The notes under the pieces are model-generated. The model did not search any database. It was not told the DNA's origin and worked only from the letters and a program-made list of their open reading frames with translations. Source: Myxococcota bacterium (GTDB lineage: Bacteria; Myxococcota_A; UBA9160; SZUA-336). Taken from it: a stretch of 64,000 nt of DNA. Below are positions 26,289-37,111 of the stretch, one piece after another. Numbering within the stretch: position 1 is the stretch's first letter; every line of letters starts with the position of its first letter. Both the position numbers and the translations under genes were made by a program. Location of the stretch: assembly GCA_965247115.1 (NCBI GenBank), contig CBDFGR010000002.1:480001-544000 (forward strand), written 5' to 3'.

Positions 26289-27026
26289 CTACCAGCTCTC
26301 CTTGAAGGGGCGCACGTCCAGCTCTTGGGACCAGGAGCTGCGGTGTTGCTTGTGAAGGTGCCAGTAAGTGTCGGCGATCGCGTCGATGTCGAGCATGCCG
26401 TCCACGCCTTTCTGTTCCTCGTACTCTGGTGCTCGCTTCAAGATCTTGTCGCCTCGGATGCCGCCGTCGATGATGACGTGCGCAACGTGGATGCCTTCGG
26501 GGCCGAAGTCTCGCGCCATGGTCTGCGCCAGCGAGCGGAGCCCGGCCTTCGCCGAGGCGAAGGCGCCGAAGGGCGGTCGACCCCGGATCGAGGCGGTCGC
26601 GCCCGTGAACAGGATCGTGCCGGTGCCGTTCGGCAGCATGCGTCGCGCGGCCTCCGTGCCGACAAGAAAGCCGCCGAGACAGCCTACGCGCCACGCGCTC
26701 TCGAAGATCTGAGCATCCATCTCGCGCAGGCTTCCCCACTGGCCGCTGCCAGCGTTGTAGACGACCAGGTCCAGCGGACCGCTACCCCCCGCGTCGACGC
26801 TGTCGAAGAGCCGCAGCACGTCCGCCTCGTGCGTGGCGTCCGCCGTGACGGGAGTGGCCTCCCCGCCAGCAGCCATGATGGTCTCCGCGAGCCCCTCCAG
26901 CTGCTGCTTGGTGCGTCCCGCGGCAAAGACGTGGTGTCCCTCACGCGCGAAGCGCTGACACAGGGCGGCGCCGAGCCCGGCCTCCGGACCCACCCCTACG
27001 ACAACCGCCTTCTTCCGGTCACTCAT
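26289..27026 (-). CDS. SDR family oxidoreductase
   Basis: VVGVGP..GLG, VYNAG, FTGATAS.RG, FASAK.GLR.LAQ and HVAHVIIDG. Confidence 0.92.
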   Translation of the reverse strand: MSDRKKAVVVGVGPEAGLGAALCQRFAREGHHVFAAGRTKQQLEGLAETIMAAGGEATPVTADATHEADVLRLFDSVDAGGSGPLDLVVYNAGSGQWGSLREMDAQIFESAWRVGCLGGFLVGTEAARRMLPNGTGTILFTGATASIRGRPPFGAFASAKAGLRSLAQTMARDFGPEGIHVAHVIIDGGIRGDKILKRAPEYEEQKGVDGMLDIDAIADTYWHLHKQHRSSWSQELDVRPFKESW

Positions 27027-27049
27027 GCCTGGTCCTCCATAGGCGAATT

Positions 27050-28756
27050 CTATCCCGCCAGAGGCGCCAGGCGTGCAATCTCCCGCTCCAGGATCCGGCG
27101 CGTGATCGCGATGGCGCAGGCGTAGGTGGACTCCACGCCGAACGCGCCGAGGCTCTTCGAGAGCAACGATTGACGCCGACTGTACGGCGTGTCCGAGGCG
27201 TAGTGGAGGACCCCGATGTCGAAGCTGCCCCGCTCATCGAGGCTCACGATCTGGTCGTTCGGGTGTCGGCGCGGGTCGACCAGCTCGTAGATCGCCGACA
27301 TGTAGGGCCCGGCCTCCATTTCCAGCACGGTGTAGCCCTCGCGGTAGAAGACTCCCATGTAGTTCGGATTCTGCAGGAAGGCTCCGCGCACGGTAACGGC
27401 CTTCTGGTTGTCGAGCACGCTCGCGCGCTCCATGTACGGGATCAGATCGTCTGCGACGAACGCGTTGCGCAGCATGTACGTGTTGTCGGAGTGCTCGTCG
27501 TGTACGACCCGCGAGATCAGGACGTCACCGACCTGCCCGTTGAGCGTGGCCGCCTTGCCCATCACGTACACGCCCAGCAGCGGACTCACGCAGCGCCCCA
27601 CCTGAGAGAGCAGGTGATACGCCGCCATGCCGAGCGGGTAGTCGATGTTGATGATGCGGGCATCGCTCCGCCGCAGCGTCTCGAGTCCTGGTAGGGATAG
27701 CCGCGGGTCCATGCGCTCCGGCCGCAGCCGGCCGAGCTCGATCACCTGGGCAGCCACGTCCACATGGGCGCGGTTCTCGACCGAGCAGATCCCGGAATCC
27801 CGATCCCAGGTCTGAACTTCTCGTAGCGCGTCGGGCTTCCCCTCCAGGTGCGTGCGCAACGCGAAGTAGAGCAGGTTCGGAGTCGCGCCCGAATCCGCCC
27901 CGAGCTCGAACGGGTCCAGCCCGGCGGGGTACTTGCGCCGCAGCGTCTCGAGCGGCTCCTCGCGATGCGCGAGCCCGTATCCTCCGAGCAGGTTCGCCAG
28001 CGAATGCGTGTTCGACGATACGAAGTAGACCGGCTGCTGGCGCGCCGCTCCCGACGGGAAGCCTGCGCCCTCCACCTCCTCCCACCACATCTCCGCAGCC
28101 CGCTGGTACTCGGAGAAGGAGCCGGTCAGCAGACGTACGCGCAGGTCCAGGGGTCGCGTGGCCAGGGCGCGTAGGCAGTCCACCCAGCCCGCGCCGAGCG
28201 CCTCGCGCAGACGCTCGGCGTCGGACTCCGAAACGCGCAACGCGGCCGCCAGGTCGACGCCCTTGCAAAGCGGATCATCATCTCCCGAGAGCCGACGGCT
28301 CACTCCGCCTTCCACCAGCAGCGCGTGCATCTTGTTCCACTCGAGCTGGTACGCGGTGATGATCGGCAGGAGATCGTCGATGTCCGACGCGCTCGCGATG
28401 TAAGCTGCCAGCGTCCCGCTGCCGTCATGGCGCAGCCGCCTGCGTCGCCCACGGGTGTGGAGCAACTCCCAGGCACTCACGTCGTAGCCGAAGCTCTCGA
28501 AGGTCTGGTCGGACTGCCCGAGGACCACCCGCTGTACGCTCGGCATGGACTCGGGCAGCCGTCCGGCGGCGTACCCGAAGGCCGCGATGTCGGGCAGGGG
28601 CTCTCGCGCTCCGGCATGCAGGCTCGCGTTGCTGAATGAGTGCGCCTCTTCGAAAGAGCGGACGCGCACCTCGCCGCTGCTGCGCAAGAGCGAGTAATAG
28701 GTGCGGATGTAGAGGTCGATCTCGTTGCTGATCGTGTCCGGCTTCTGACGCTCCAT
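27050..28756 (-). CDS. Conserved hypothetical protein (DUF6909-like; C-terminal nucleoside-phosphorylase-like motifs)
   Basis: EIDLYIRTYYSLLRS, VSSNTHS, NIDYPLG.AAY, MGKAATLNG, LEMEAGPY and YASDTP. Confidence 0.7.
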   Translation of the reverse strand: MERQKPDTISNEIDLYIRTYYSLLRSSGEVRVRSFEEAHSFSNASLHAGAREPLPDIAAFGYAAGRLPESMPSVQRVVLGQSDQTFESFGYDVSAWELLHTRGRRRRLRHDGSGTLAAYIASASDIDDLLPIITAYQLEWNKMHALLVEGGVSRRLSGDDDPLCKGVDLAAALRVSESDAERLREALGAGWVDCLRALATRPLDLRVRLLTGSFSEYQRAAEMWWEEVEGAGFPSGAARQQPVYFVSSNTHSLANLLGGYGLAHREEPLETLRRKYPAGLDPFELGADSGATPNLLYFALRTHLEGKPDALREVQTWDRDSGICSVENRAHVDVAAQVIELGRLRPERMDPRLSLPGLETLRRSDARIINIDYPLGMAAYHLLSQVGRCVSPLLGVYVMGKAATLNGQVGDVLISRVVHDEHSDNTYMLRNAFVADDLIPYMERASVLDNQKAVTVRGAFLQNPNYMGVFYREGYTVLEMEAGPYMSAIYELVDPRRHPNDQIVSLDERGSFDIGVLHYASDTPYSRRQSLLSKSLGAFGVESTYACAIAITRRILEREIARLAPLAG

Positions 28757-28897
28757 CTACGGCGGGAAGATAGTGCACTGGCCAGGTCGAGCCCGGCCGC
28801 GGCCCGCTCGAGCCGACGACGCCAGCGTCCGGGCTTCGTCGGCAGGCGGACTTGCCGCCACATCCGGCCTACTCGCTTCCCGTATGATCTCGGCAGC

Positions 28898-30784
28898 GTG
28901 ACAGAAGCCTCCAAGCCACAGTTCGGCGTGGTCCTGGCGCGGAACGTGGGCATGCACGCCCACGACGGCGTTTGGCTGGCGACGGACGTCTGGCGCCCCG
29001 CGAACGAGGGGGAGCCGCTCCCAGGGCCGTTCCCTGCCGTGCTCGTACGCACGCCATACAACCGCACCGCGATGCTCGAAGCCGGGGAGTTCTGGGCCCG
29101 CCACGGCTATCTGGCGGTCTTTCAGGATTGCCGCGGACGCTTCGGCTCCGGCGGCCGCTTCAACCTGCTGGTGGACGAGGGACCCGACGGCTATGACGCC
29201 GTCGAGTGGATCGCCGAGCTCCCCTACTGCAACGGCCAGGTTGGTACCTACGGCACGTCGTACCTGGCCTGGGCTCAGAGCGCGCTGGCTCTGGAACGCC
29301 CGCCGCACCTGCGTGCGATGTGGGTGCACCAGGGCGGCTCCAACGGAAACACCTCCTCGCTGCGTCACAACGGAGCTCTCGAGCTGCGCTGGCTCACGTG
29401 GGCGGTCAGCCACGGGGCTGTCTCTCCCGAGGCGCAGCGCGATTCATCCCTCGCCGCGGAGCTCGTCGCGAATACCGAAGAAATGTACGAGTGGCTGTGC
29501 AGGCTGCCCTGGCGCGAGGGGAACAGTCCGCTCGCGCAGCTCCCGGACTACGAGCGGTGGGCGCGCCAGCTCTACGAGCACGGCGACGCCGACGAGTACT
29601 GGCTGCAACGCGGACTGAACTTCGAGGTTCATCACCAGAGCAGCGCCGACGTGCCGACCATGTATTCGGGCGGCTGGTACGACTCCTACACGCGCGCTAC
29701 GACGAACATGTACGCGCTGCACAGCGCACGGATCGAGAACCAGCGGCTGCTGATGGGTCCCTGGACCCATGGCGACGTACCGCTCGACCGCACCTGGGCG
29801 GGCGAGGTCGACCTCGGGGACCGGGCTCCGGTACCCGGGAACCTGGCGCCGAGTCAGCTGGAGCTCAAGCTGCGCTGGTTCGACCACTGGCTGCGCGGGG
29901 TGGACACCGGCATCGCCGAAGAGGCACCGGTGAAGATCTTCGTGATGGGCGGAGGCGCTGGCAAGCCAACGGCCGAGGGCCGCCTCCTGCACGGGGGCCG
30001 CTGGCGCGATGAGGCGGCCTGGCCGTTGGCGAGAGCGGTTGCGACCCCGTTCTACCTGCAAGCGAAGGGCCGGCTCGGCGAGCAGCCTGCAAAGGCAGCG
30101 GAGGCCGCAGCCGAGACGTTCCGCTTCGATCCCGAGCGCCCGCTCCCAACGATCTCCGCCAACACGTCGTCACTGAACGAGATCGTGCCCACGCCGGCAC
30201 GCGTGGAACTCGCCACTCCGCTCTCCCTGATGCGCGTCCAGGTAATCCAGGGCGGCGCCGATCAACGCACGCGCCCGGACCTGCACGGCTGCGAGCCGCC
30301 CTTCGGTCCGCTCGAAGAGCGCCAGGATGTGCTCGGCTTCGCCACGGATCCGCTCGAAGCCGACATGGAGGTGACCGGGCCGGTCGAGGCTTGCCTGTAC
30401 CTGTCCTCCGACGCCCCCGACACCGACCTGTTCGTCATGCTGCAGGACCTGTATCCGCCGAGCGAGACGTGGCCCGAGGGCTATCGACTCAACGTTGCCG
30501 ACGGGATCATGCGGGTGCGCTATCGCGCGGGAATGGACCAGCCGCGCCTGCTGCGCGCGGACGAGATTGTCGAGGTGCGCTTCCCCCTCTACCCCACGAG
30601 CAACCTCTTCGTCGCCGGACACCGCATCCAGGTGCTGGTGAGCTCCGCGTCGTTTCCACGCTTCGACGTCAACCCGAACACGGGCGAGCCGCTCGGGCGA
30701 CACACGCACATGCGTGTCGCGAGCAACACGATCCATCACTCCACCGAGCACCCCTCGCGCATCATCCTGCCGCTCGTTCCGTGA
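28898..30784 (+). CDS. CocE/NonD family hydrolase (peptidase S15)
   Basis: DGV.LATDV.RP, RTPY, QDCRGR..SGG, GTSYLA nucleophile, GGWYD, GPWTH and FPRFDVNPNTG. Confidence 0.92.
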   Translation: MTEASKPQFGVVLARNVGMHAHDGVWLATDVWRPANEGEPLPGPFPAVLVRTPYNRTAMLEAGEFWARHGYLAVFQDCRGRFGSGGRFNLLVDEGPDGYDAVEWIAELPYCNGQVGTYGTSYLAWAQSALALERPPHLRAMWVHQGGSNGNTSSLRHNGALELRWLTWAVSHGAVSPEAQRDSSLAAELVANTEEMYEWLCRLPWREGNSPLAQLPDYERWARQLYEHGDADEYWLQRGLNFEVHHQSSADVPTMYSGGWYDSYTRATTNMYALHSARIENQRLLMGPWTHGDVPLDRTWAGEVDLGDRAPVPGNLAPSQLELKLRWFDHWLRGVDTGIAEEAPVKIFVMGGGAGKPTAEGRLLHGGRWRDEAAWPLARAVATPFYLQAKGRLGEQPAKAAEAAAETFRFDPERPLPTISANTSSLNEIVPTPARVELATPLSLMRVQVIQGGADQRTRPDLHGCEPPFGPLEERQDVLGFATDPLEADMEVTGPVEACLYLSSDAPDTDLFVMLQDLYPPSETWPEGYRLNVADGIMRVRYRAGMDQPRLLRADEIVEVRFPLYPTSNLFVAGHRIQVLVSSASFPRFDVNPNTGEPLGRHTHMRVASNTIHHSTEHPSRIILPLVP

Positions 30785-30888
30785 CCGGCTCCGCGCTCGA
30801 CGACGCCTCGCGAAGGCGCGCAGCGCGCTTTACAAGCGAGTCCGTCCCTCGGCAAACCAGCCGGTAGAATCCGCCAGAGGATCTCTCC

Positions 30889-32151
30889 TTGCAGCGCTCC
30901 GACCCACCTGGCCAGGTCTCCGCTCGCGCAGGCGCGACCACCCCTGCCGAATCCGCGAACGCACTCAGCTATCCGGGCTACCGCCGCTTCTGGTTCGCCG
31001 CCATGGCGCACGTCTTCGCCATGCAGTTCCGCTTCATCGGGTCCGGCTGGCTCGTGCACGAGCTGACCGACTCGGCTTTCTGGCTCGGTGTCCCCGGCAT
31101 CATCTCCGCGCTGGTGACGGTGGTGCTCATGCTGCCGGCGGGAGCGCTCGCGGACCGCGTCGACAACCAGCAGCTCCTCGCGCTCGGCCGGGCCCTCACG
31201 GGGATCGCGCACTTCGCCCTCGGGCTCCTCACGCTCACGGGAGTGGTCGAGGTCTGGATGGTGCTCGTCTGGGCTGCGGTCACGGGAGCGCTCGGAGCTT
31301 TGACGACCCCCGCTCAGAACGCGCTGCTCCCCCGACTGGTCGAGCGTAGCGCCATGGCGAGCGCGGTCGCTCTGAACGGTGCGATCTGGAGCGGGATGCG
31401 TATCATCGGTCCCGCGCTTGCCGGTCTCGTGATCGCCCTGGTCGGCATCGGTCAGGCGTTCTTGGTGACCGCGGCCGGCTTCGCACTCTCGACGTACCTC
31501 GTCGCCACGCTCCGGCTCGCGCCACTCGAGCGCGTGGGTGGGATGACCGACTCCGGGATCTTCGCCGGTCTGCGCTACATCGGACGGAACCAGATCTTCC
31601 TCGCGACGATCGGCCTGTCCTTTCTCACCTCGATCTTCGGCAGCTCCTACGTCGTGCTCCTGCCGATCTTTGCCGACGACATCCTGCATGCGGGCGTGCG
31701 GGGCTTCGGCTACCTCGAAGCGGCTGCCGGAGTCGGCGCGCTGCTGGGCACGCTGGCGATCGTCCGCATCCCGGTGGGCCGGCACGCGGGCGCGGTGATG
31801 GTCGGGGCCGCGGGACTCTTTGGCCTCTGGATCGCCGGCTTCGCGGCCAGCACGACGCTCACGCTATCGATGGCCCTTCTGTTTGCCGGCGGCTTCTTCT
31901 CAGCGATGTATCTGAACCTCGGCATGACGACGCTCCAGCTTCTCGTCCCGGGTGAGCTGCGCGGTCGGGTCATGAGCGTCTGGGGGCTCACCTGGTTCCT
32001 GTCCTCCGTCGGCGGCTTCGTCGCCGCATCGATCGCTGACGTGCTCGGTGCGCCGTTCGCCGTAGCGCTCGGCGCGCTCTCGGTTTCGGGCTTCGCGCTG
32101 ATCGTCTACGTGGCCTTCGCGGAGGTTCGAAACGGCGAACTCAGCGCGTGA
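30889..32151 (+). CDS. MFS transporter
   Basis: About 12 hydrophobic segments, GALADRVD, GPALAG and RGRVMSVW. Start approximate. Confidence 0.9.
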   Translation: MQRSDPPGQVSARAGATTPAESANALSYPGYRRFWFAAMAHVFAMQFRFIGSGWLVHELTDSAFWLGVPGIISALVTVVLMLPAGALADRVDNQQLLALGRALTGIAHFALGLLTLTGVVEVWMVLVWAAVTGALGALTTPAQNALLPRLVERSAMASAVALNGAIWSGMRIIGPALAGLVIALVGIGQAFLVTAAGFALSTYLVATLRLAPLERVGGMTDSGIFAGLRYIGRNQIFLATIGLSFLTSIFGSSYVVLLPIFADDILHAGVRGFGYLEAAAGVGALLGTLAIVRIPVGRHAGAVMVGAAGLFGLWIAGFAASTTLTLSMALLFAGGFFSAMYLNLGMTTLQLLVPGELRGRVMSVWGLTWFLSSVGGFVAASIADVLGAPFAVALGALSVSGFALIVYVAFAEVRNGELSA

Positions 32152-32185
32152 TACGATCGGCGCCACCGCGCCAGAGGAGACCCGC

Positions 32186-32656
32186 GTGCCCATCCAGGAA
32201 GGAAAGCCAGCGCCCGCCTTCACGTTGAAGAACGCGAGCGGCAAGAGCGTCGCGCTCAAGGACCTTCGCGGCAAAGACGTGATCGTCTATTTCTATCCCA
32301 GGGATGACACGCCGGGCTGTACCAAGGAAGCTCAGGGCTTCCGTGACCTGGCAAAGCAGCTCGAGAAGCGGAACGCCGTGGTGCTGGGCATCTCGCCCGA
32401 CGACGCGGCGTCTCACGCGAAGTTCAGCAGCAAGTACGAGCTCCCCTTCACCTTGCTCTCGGATCCTGACCGGAAGGTGATGATGAAGTACGACGCCTTC
32501 GGAGAGAAGATGATGTACGGCAAGAAGACCACCGGGGTGATTCGCTCCACGGTTTGGGTCGGACCGGACGGCAAGGTGAAGAAGCACTGGGCCCGCGTCG
32601 CAAAGGCCGCTGATCATCCCGCGAAAGTGCTCGAAGCGCTCGAGGCGGAGGCCTGA
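32186..32656 (+). CDS. bcp: Peroxiredoxin Bcp
   Basis: YFYPRDDTPGCTKEA, GISPD, F.LLSD and IRST. Confidence 0.93.
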   Translation: MPIQEGKPAPAFTLKNASGKSVALKDLRGKDVIVYFYPRDDTPGCTKEAQGFRDLAKQLEKRNAVVLGISPDDAASHAKFSSKYELPFTLLSDPDRKVMMKYDAFGEKMMYGKKTTGVIRSTVWVGPDGKVKKHWARVAKAADHPAKVLEALEAEA

Positions 32657-32664
32657 CACCAGGC

Positions 32665-33645
32665 ATGCGGCACATCATTTACGGGGCCGGGGCCATCGGC
32701 GGCTCGGTGGGAGCCAGGCTCCACCAGCACGGTCACGACGTAGTTCTCATCGCGAGAGGGGCGCACCTGCAGGCGCTCCAGGAACGCGGGCTCGTCTTCA
32801 AGACTCCCGACGAGACGGTCACGCTCCCGATTCCGACGGTGGGGCATCCCTCCGAGCTCCGCTTCCAGGACGGCGACGTCGTGTACCTGTGCATGAAGTC
32901 CCAGCACACCCTCTCCGCACTCGAGGATCTTCGAGCGGCTGCAGACGACGAGCTTCCCGTGATCTGCTGCCAGAACGGGGTGGCCAACGAGCGCATGGCG
33001 CTGCGTCACTTCCAGCGGGTGTACGGCATGATGGTATTCCTGCCAGCCACGCACCTCGAGCCAGGTGTCGTACTGCTGAACTTGAAGGAAACCAGCGGAG
33101 TCCTCGACGTGGGCCTCTATCCCTCTGGCACCGACGAGCGGATCGAAGAGGTCGCGACGACGCTCGAAGACGCGACGTTCACCGCCCGCGCCGACCCGGC
33201 GGTGATGAGGCTAAAGTACGCCAAGCTGATCGGGAACCTGAACAACGCCCTGCAGGCAGCGTGTGATGCGGGACGGGATGGCCAGGACATCTCGAAGCAG
33301 CTCGGGGACGAGGCGCGTGCCTGCTTCCAGGCGGCGGAGATCGACTGCGCCGGGCAGGAGGAGTTCCGGAAGCGCCGGGAGGGCTTGGTCAAGATCGCCC
33401 TTGTCCCTGGCCAGGAGCGCTTCGCAGGATCCTCCTGGCAGAGCGCGGTGCGCGGCGTGGGCTCGATCGAAGCGGACTGGCTGAACGGGGAGATCGTTCA
33501 GCTCGGGCGACTTCACGGCGTGCCGACCCCAGCCAACCGAGCGCTGCAGCAGATCGCCAACGAGCTGGCCCGCGCGCAAGGCAAGCCCGGCAGCGTGTCG
33601 CTCGACGCCGTCCGAGCGCGCATCGAAGAGGCCCGGGCCGGGTAG
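32665..33645 (+). CDS. Ketopantoate reductase family protein (PanE/ApbA)
   Basis: GAGAIG, K.Q, QNGV, K..KL..N, SSWQ and E.DWLNGEIV. Confidence 0.85.
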   Translation: MRHIIYGAGAIGGSVGARLHQHGHDVVLIARGAHLQALQERGLVFKTPDETVTLPIPTVGHPSELRFQDGDVVYLCMKSQHTLSALEDLRAAADDELPVICCQNGVANERMALRHFQRVYGMMVFLPATHLEPGVVLLNLKETSGVLDVGLYPSGTDERIEEVATTLEDATFTARADPAVMRLKYAKLIGNLNNALQAACDAGRDGQDISKQLGDEARACFQAAEIDCAGQEEFRKRREGLVKIALVPGQERFAGSSWQSAVRGVGSIEADWLNGEIVQLGRLHGVPTPANRALQQIANELARAQGKPGSVSLDAVRARIEEARAG

Positions 33646-33761
33646 GCCCAACAGCAGGCAATCGGAACTCGCGCGGACTCCTCGGTCCCCTTGCGCCAGC
33701 TCTCCCGGGCGGGCTTTGGAGAATCGGCACCCGGCCGATATCCGAGCTGAGGACCTGCGTA

Positions 33762-35636
33762 GTGCTCCGAATCGCCATCCACGCCGAAGACATGAAGCCT
33801 CGCGTCTTCGAGTTCGACTCTGCTGAACGCGTGTCGTTCGGGCGGGCTCCGGAGAACCAGATCGTCCTCGATCCCACCTATGTCTCCCGCTTCCATGGCG
33901 AGTTCGTGAAGGAGGACGACCAGTGGACGGTCGTCGATCTCGGCTCACGAACGGGGCTCCGCGTCGTGCAGCCCGATTCGCCGGAGTCGCCCCGCGAGCT
34001 CCACGAGGGCGATCGTATGGTGCTGCGAGGGGGCGAGACTATCCACATTCTCTACACGGTGCTCCAGATCGAGCTCAAGCCGGCTCTCGACGCCGGGGAC
34101 TCGAGCCTGGACGAGGGGTCACAGACGTTCACCCTCTCGCCCATCGCGTCCACCAAGCTCTCAGAGGCAGCAACGCTTCCGGATAATCTTCGTTCCGACA
34201 GCCACAAGCTGGAGCTCCTGCTCGAGCTGGCAAAGGACCTCTCGCGCCTGGATCGGCTCCACGAAGTGCTGGAGCGCATCGGGCTCACGGTGTTCGAGGC
34301 GCTGCCGTCCGCCACCCACTTCTCCATCTGCGTCCCCTCCCGAACCGGCGCGTTCACGCCCATATTCGGGACGCTCCGCGACGGCTCCGCGGTGCCGCGC
34401 GAGGAAATACGCGTATCGCAATCGATCCTCGGCCAGGCGGTGGAGCGCCAGATCGCCATGCTGTTCGATCCCGCGCAGCTGGGCGCCTCCATGTCGGAGA
34501 GCATCGTCCTCAACCAGATCGCCTCGTCGATCGCCGTGCCGCTGCGCGGCTCGCGCGAACACATCGGTGTGATCCAGATCGACAATCGCGCCTCGAGCCT
34601 CCCGTTCAGCCAGCGGGACCTGGACTACACCATCGCGATCGCGAGCAGCGCCGCGTTCTCGCTCGAGCGGGCCCAGTTCCAGGCGGACATCCAGCGCATG
34701 TTCGAGGGCTTCGTGGATGCCAGCATCACCGCCATCGAGGCTCGCGACCCGACGACGAGCGGTCACTCGCGCCGCGTCGCCGCCTTCTCCGTTGCCCTGG
34801 CGAGAGCGGTGAGCCGCACGCGCGCGGGACCGCTCGCCGGCAACGAGTTCAGAGAAGCCCAGCTCACAGAGCTCTCCTACGCCGCGCTGCTGCACGACTT
34901 CGGGAAGGTCGGAGTGGCGGAGTGCGTGCTGACCAAGGCGAACCGCCTCTATCCCGAGCAGCTGGAGCAGGTCCTGCTGCGCTCCCGCTTGATCCGTGCC
35001 GCTTCCCGGAACGCGTTTCTGGACGACGCGCTTGCCAACCACGTCCCGCGAGACGAGGCCCTGGAGCGGTTCGAGAGCGAGATGGCGGAGACCAGCCAGC
35101 GCCTGGACGAGGCTCTGGAGCTGATTCAAGAGGTGAACGCGGCGGGCTATCTGAGCGACGAGCTCCTGGAGCGGATCCAGCAGGTCGGAAAGATGAGCTT
35201 CCCCGACGATACGGGACAGCACATGCCCCTCATCACCGCCGAGGAGCTCACGTCTCTCTCGGTGCGCAGGGGCACGCTCACAAAGGAGGAGCGCAGGGCG
35301 ATCGAGTCCCACGTGATCCAGTCGTTCCGCGTGCTCGAGCAAATCCCCTGGTCGGCGGACCTCGAGAACGTGCCCTCGATCGTGCTCGCGCATCACGAGA
35401 AGCTCGACGGCTCGGGCTACCCGCAGGGCCTCAAGGCCTCGCAGATCCCGATCCGGGCGCGCCTGCTCACCGTCTGCGACATCTTCGACGCGGTCACCGC
35501 ATCCGACCGCCCATATCGCTCGGCCATGCCCATCGAGGGCGGGATCGACATCCTGCGCAGCGAGGCGGAGTCCGGCGAGATCGACACCGATCTCGTCGAG
35601 CTCTTCATCGACGCCCGCATCTGGGAACCTCGCTAG
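33762..35636 (+). CDS. FHA-GAF-HD-GYP phosphodiesterase
   Basis: FHA: GRAPEN..VSRFH..DLGS. GAF: VPL..IGVIQIDN. HD-GYP: T.GHSRRV, LLHDFGK, HHEKLDGSGYP, DIFDA.T..RPYR. Confidence 0.9.
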   Translation: MLRIAIHAEDMKPRVFEFDSAERVSFGRAPENQIVLDPTYVSRFHGEFVKEDDQWTVVDLGSRTGLRVVQPDSPESPRELHEGDRMVLRGGETIHILYTVLQIELKPALDAGDSSLDEGSQTFTLSPIASTKLSEAATLPDNLRSDSHKLELLLELAKDLSRLDRLHEVLERIGLTVFEALPSATHFSICVPSRTGAFTPIFGTLRDGSAVPREEIRVSQSILGQAVERQIAMLFDPAQLGASMSESIVLNQIASSIAVPLRGSREHIGVIQIDNRASSLPFSQRDLDYTIAIASSAAFSLERAQFQADIQRMFEGFVDASITAIEARDPTTSGHSRRVAAFSVALARAVSRTRAGPLAGNEFREAQLTELSYAALLHDFGKVGVAECVLTKANRLYPEQLEQVLLRSRLIRAASRNAFLDDALANHVPRDEALERFESEMAETSQRLDEALELIQEVNAAGYLSDELLERIQQVGKMSFPDDTGQHMPLITAEELTSLSVRRGTLTKEERRAIESHVIQSFRVLEQIPWSADLENVPSIVLAHHEKLDGSGYPQGLKASQIPIRARLLTVCDIFDAVTASDRPYRSAMPIEGGIDILRSEAESGEIDTDLVELFIDARIWEPR

Positions 35637-35677
35637 CGGAAACCCGGCAGCGTGGTTCTCATGGTATTCTGCGCGCC

Positions 35678-37108
35678 ATGGGTGCATTTGCGGAGTATGA
35701 GAGTTACGACGCTGTGGGGCTGGCCGAGCTCGTCGCGAAGGGTGAGGTGTCGGCCGAAGATCTGCTCGACTCGGCGATCGCGCGCGCGGAGGAGCACAAC
35801 CCGACGCTGAACGCTGTCGTGATCACGCTGTACGACGAGGCAAGGGCAGCGGTCCGGGCCGGGCTGCCGAGCGGACCGTTGCGGGGGGTGCCCTACCTGC
35901 TCAAGGATCTCGGTGCCCACTACGGTGGGGCGCGGATGACTTCCGGCAGTCGCTTCTTCAAGGACTACGTGTCGGACCACGACAGCGAGCTCACGGCGCG
36001 CTACAAGCGCGCGGGGCTGGTGGTGTTCGGGCGCAGCGCCTCGCCGGAGTTCGGACTCACCTGCACGACCGAGTCGACGTTGTTCGGACAGACCCGAAAC
36101 CCGTGGAGCCTGGAGCACACGGCGGGCGGATCCTCAGGGGGTGCCGCCTCGGCCGTGGCAGCCGGCATCCTCCCCAGCGCGCATGCCAGCGACGGTGGAG
36201 GCTCGATCCGGATCCCGGCGTCGTGCTGCGGCCTCGTCGGCCTGAAGCCCACGCGGGCGCGCAATCCGCTCGGACCTGATGTCGGCGAGAACTGGAGCGG
36301 GATGAGCACGGTGCACGCCGTCACACGCTCGGTTCGGGATAGCGCCGTCCTGCTCGACGCCACGCACGGCCCCGCGCCGGGCGATCCGTACTACGCCCCC
36401 GCGCCAGACCGCCCCTTCGCGGCGGAAGTCGGCCGCTCGCCGGGAAAGCTGCGGGTCGCGCTCCAGACCCAGACCTTCAACGGGGCCGAGACCCACCCGG
36501 ATTGCGTCTCGGCCGCCGCCGACGCTGCGAAGCTCTGCGCCGAGCTGGGCCATGAGGTGAGCGAGGCGACCCTCCGCGTCGACTCGGAGGAGCTCGCGCG
36601 AGCAACGGGCGCCATCGTGAGCGGGAACATCCTGTTCCTCCTCGAAGACCGCGCGCGGACCCTCGGGCGTTCCCTTGCCGAGGGCGACGTCGAGCCCCTG
36701 ACCTACCAGATGGCGCGGCGCGCGGAGTCCGCTGGCGCCGCCCGCTACGCCCGCTCGATCCGCGCAATCCATGCCGCGGGGCGCCAGGTCGCGGCCTTCC
36801 TCGAGCGCTACGACGTCCTGCTCACACCGACCATCGCCACGCCGCCGCTCCCGCTGGGCGGCGCGCTGACCTTGACCCACCCCGATCCCGAAGAGCATCT
36901 CGCCAGCCTGGTGCGAATGATCGGCTTCACCCAGCTCTTCAACGCGTCGGGGAACCCGGCGATCTCCGTACCGCTTTGCTGGAACGAGGCTGGACTCCCG
37001 ATCGGCGTGCAGCTCGCGGCGCGCTTTGGCGACGAGGCGACGCTGCTGCGCCTCGCCGCGCAGCTCGAGGAGGCGCGTCCCTGGTTCGAGCGGCGCCCGC
37101 CGCGCTAG
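35678..37108 (+). CDS. Amidase family protein
   Basis: [21 protein letters not shown] and [15 protein letters not shown] amidase signature. Confidence 0.93.
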   Translation: MGAFAEYESYDAVGLAELVAKGEVSAEDLLDSAIARAEEHNPTLNAVVITLYDEARAAVRAGLPSGPLRGVPYLLKDLGAHYGGARMTSGSRFFKDYVSDHDSELTARYKRAGLVVFGRSASPEFGLTCTTESTLFGQTRNPWSLEHTAGGSSGGAASAVAAGILPSAHASDGGGSIRIPASCCGLVGLKPTRARNPLGPDVGENWSGMSTVHAVTRSVRDSAVLLDATHGPAPGDPYYAPAPDRPFAAEVGRSPGKLRVALQTQTFNGAETHPDCVSAAADAAKLCAELGHEVSEATLRVDSEELARATGAIVSGNILFLLEDRARTLGRSLAEGDVEPLTYQMARRAESAGAARYARSIRAIHAAGRQVAAFLERYDVLLTPTIATPPLPLGGALTLTHPDPEEHLASLVRMIGFTQLFNASGNPAISVPLCWNEAGLPIGVQLAARFGDEATLLRLAAQLEEARPWFERRPPR

Positions 37109-37111
37109 GGC

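Larger units (their letters stand above)
23947..26305 (+). pseudogene. DUF222-like/HNH endonuclease interrupted by IS5
   Basis: N-part LAHLGEVDSRRLY..GFPSMFKYC..LHFSE..A..RI.AAR (23947-24350). C-part RHIPAEIRRAV.ARD.GQC.F...RC..LEYHH..P....LRCHEHN (25630-26305). Removing the IS restores ..RAP-RPEVRSTVRKLP in frame. Confidence 0.88.
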
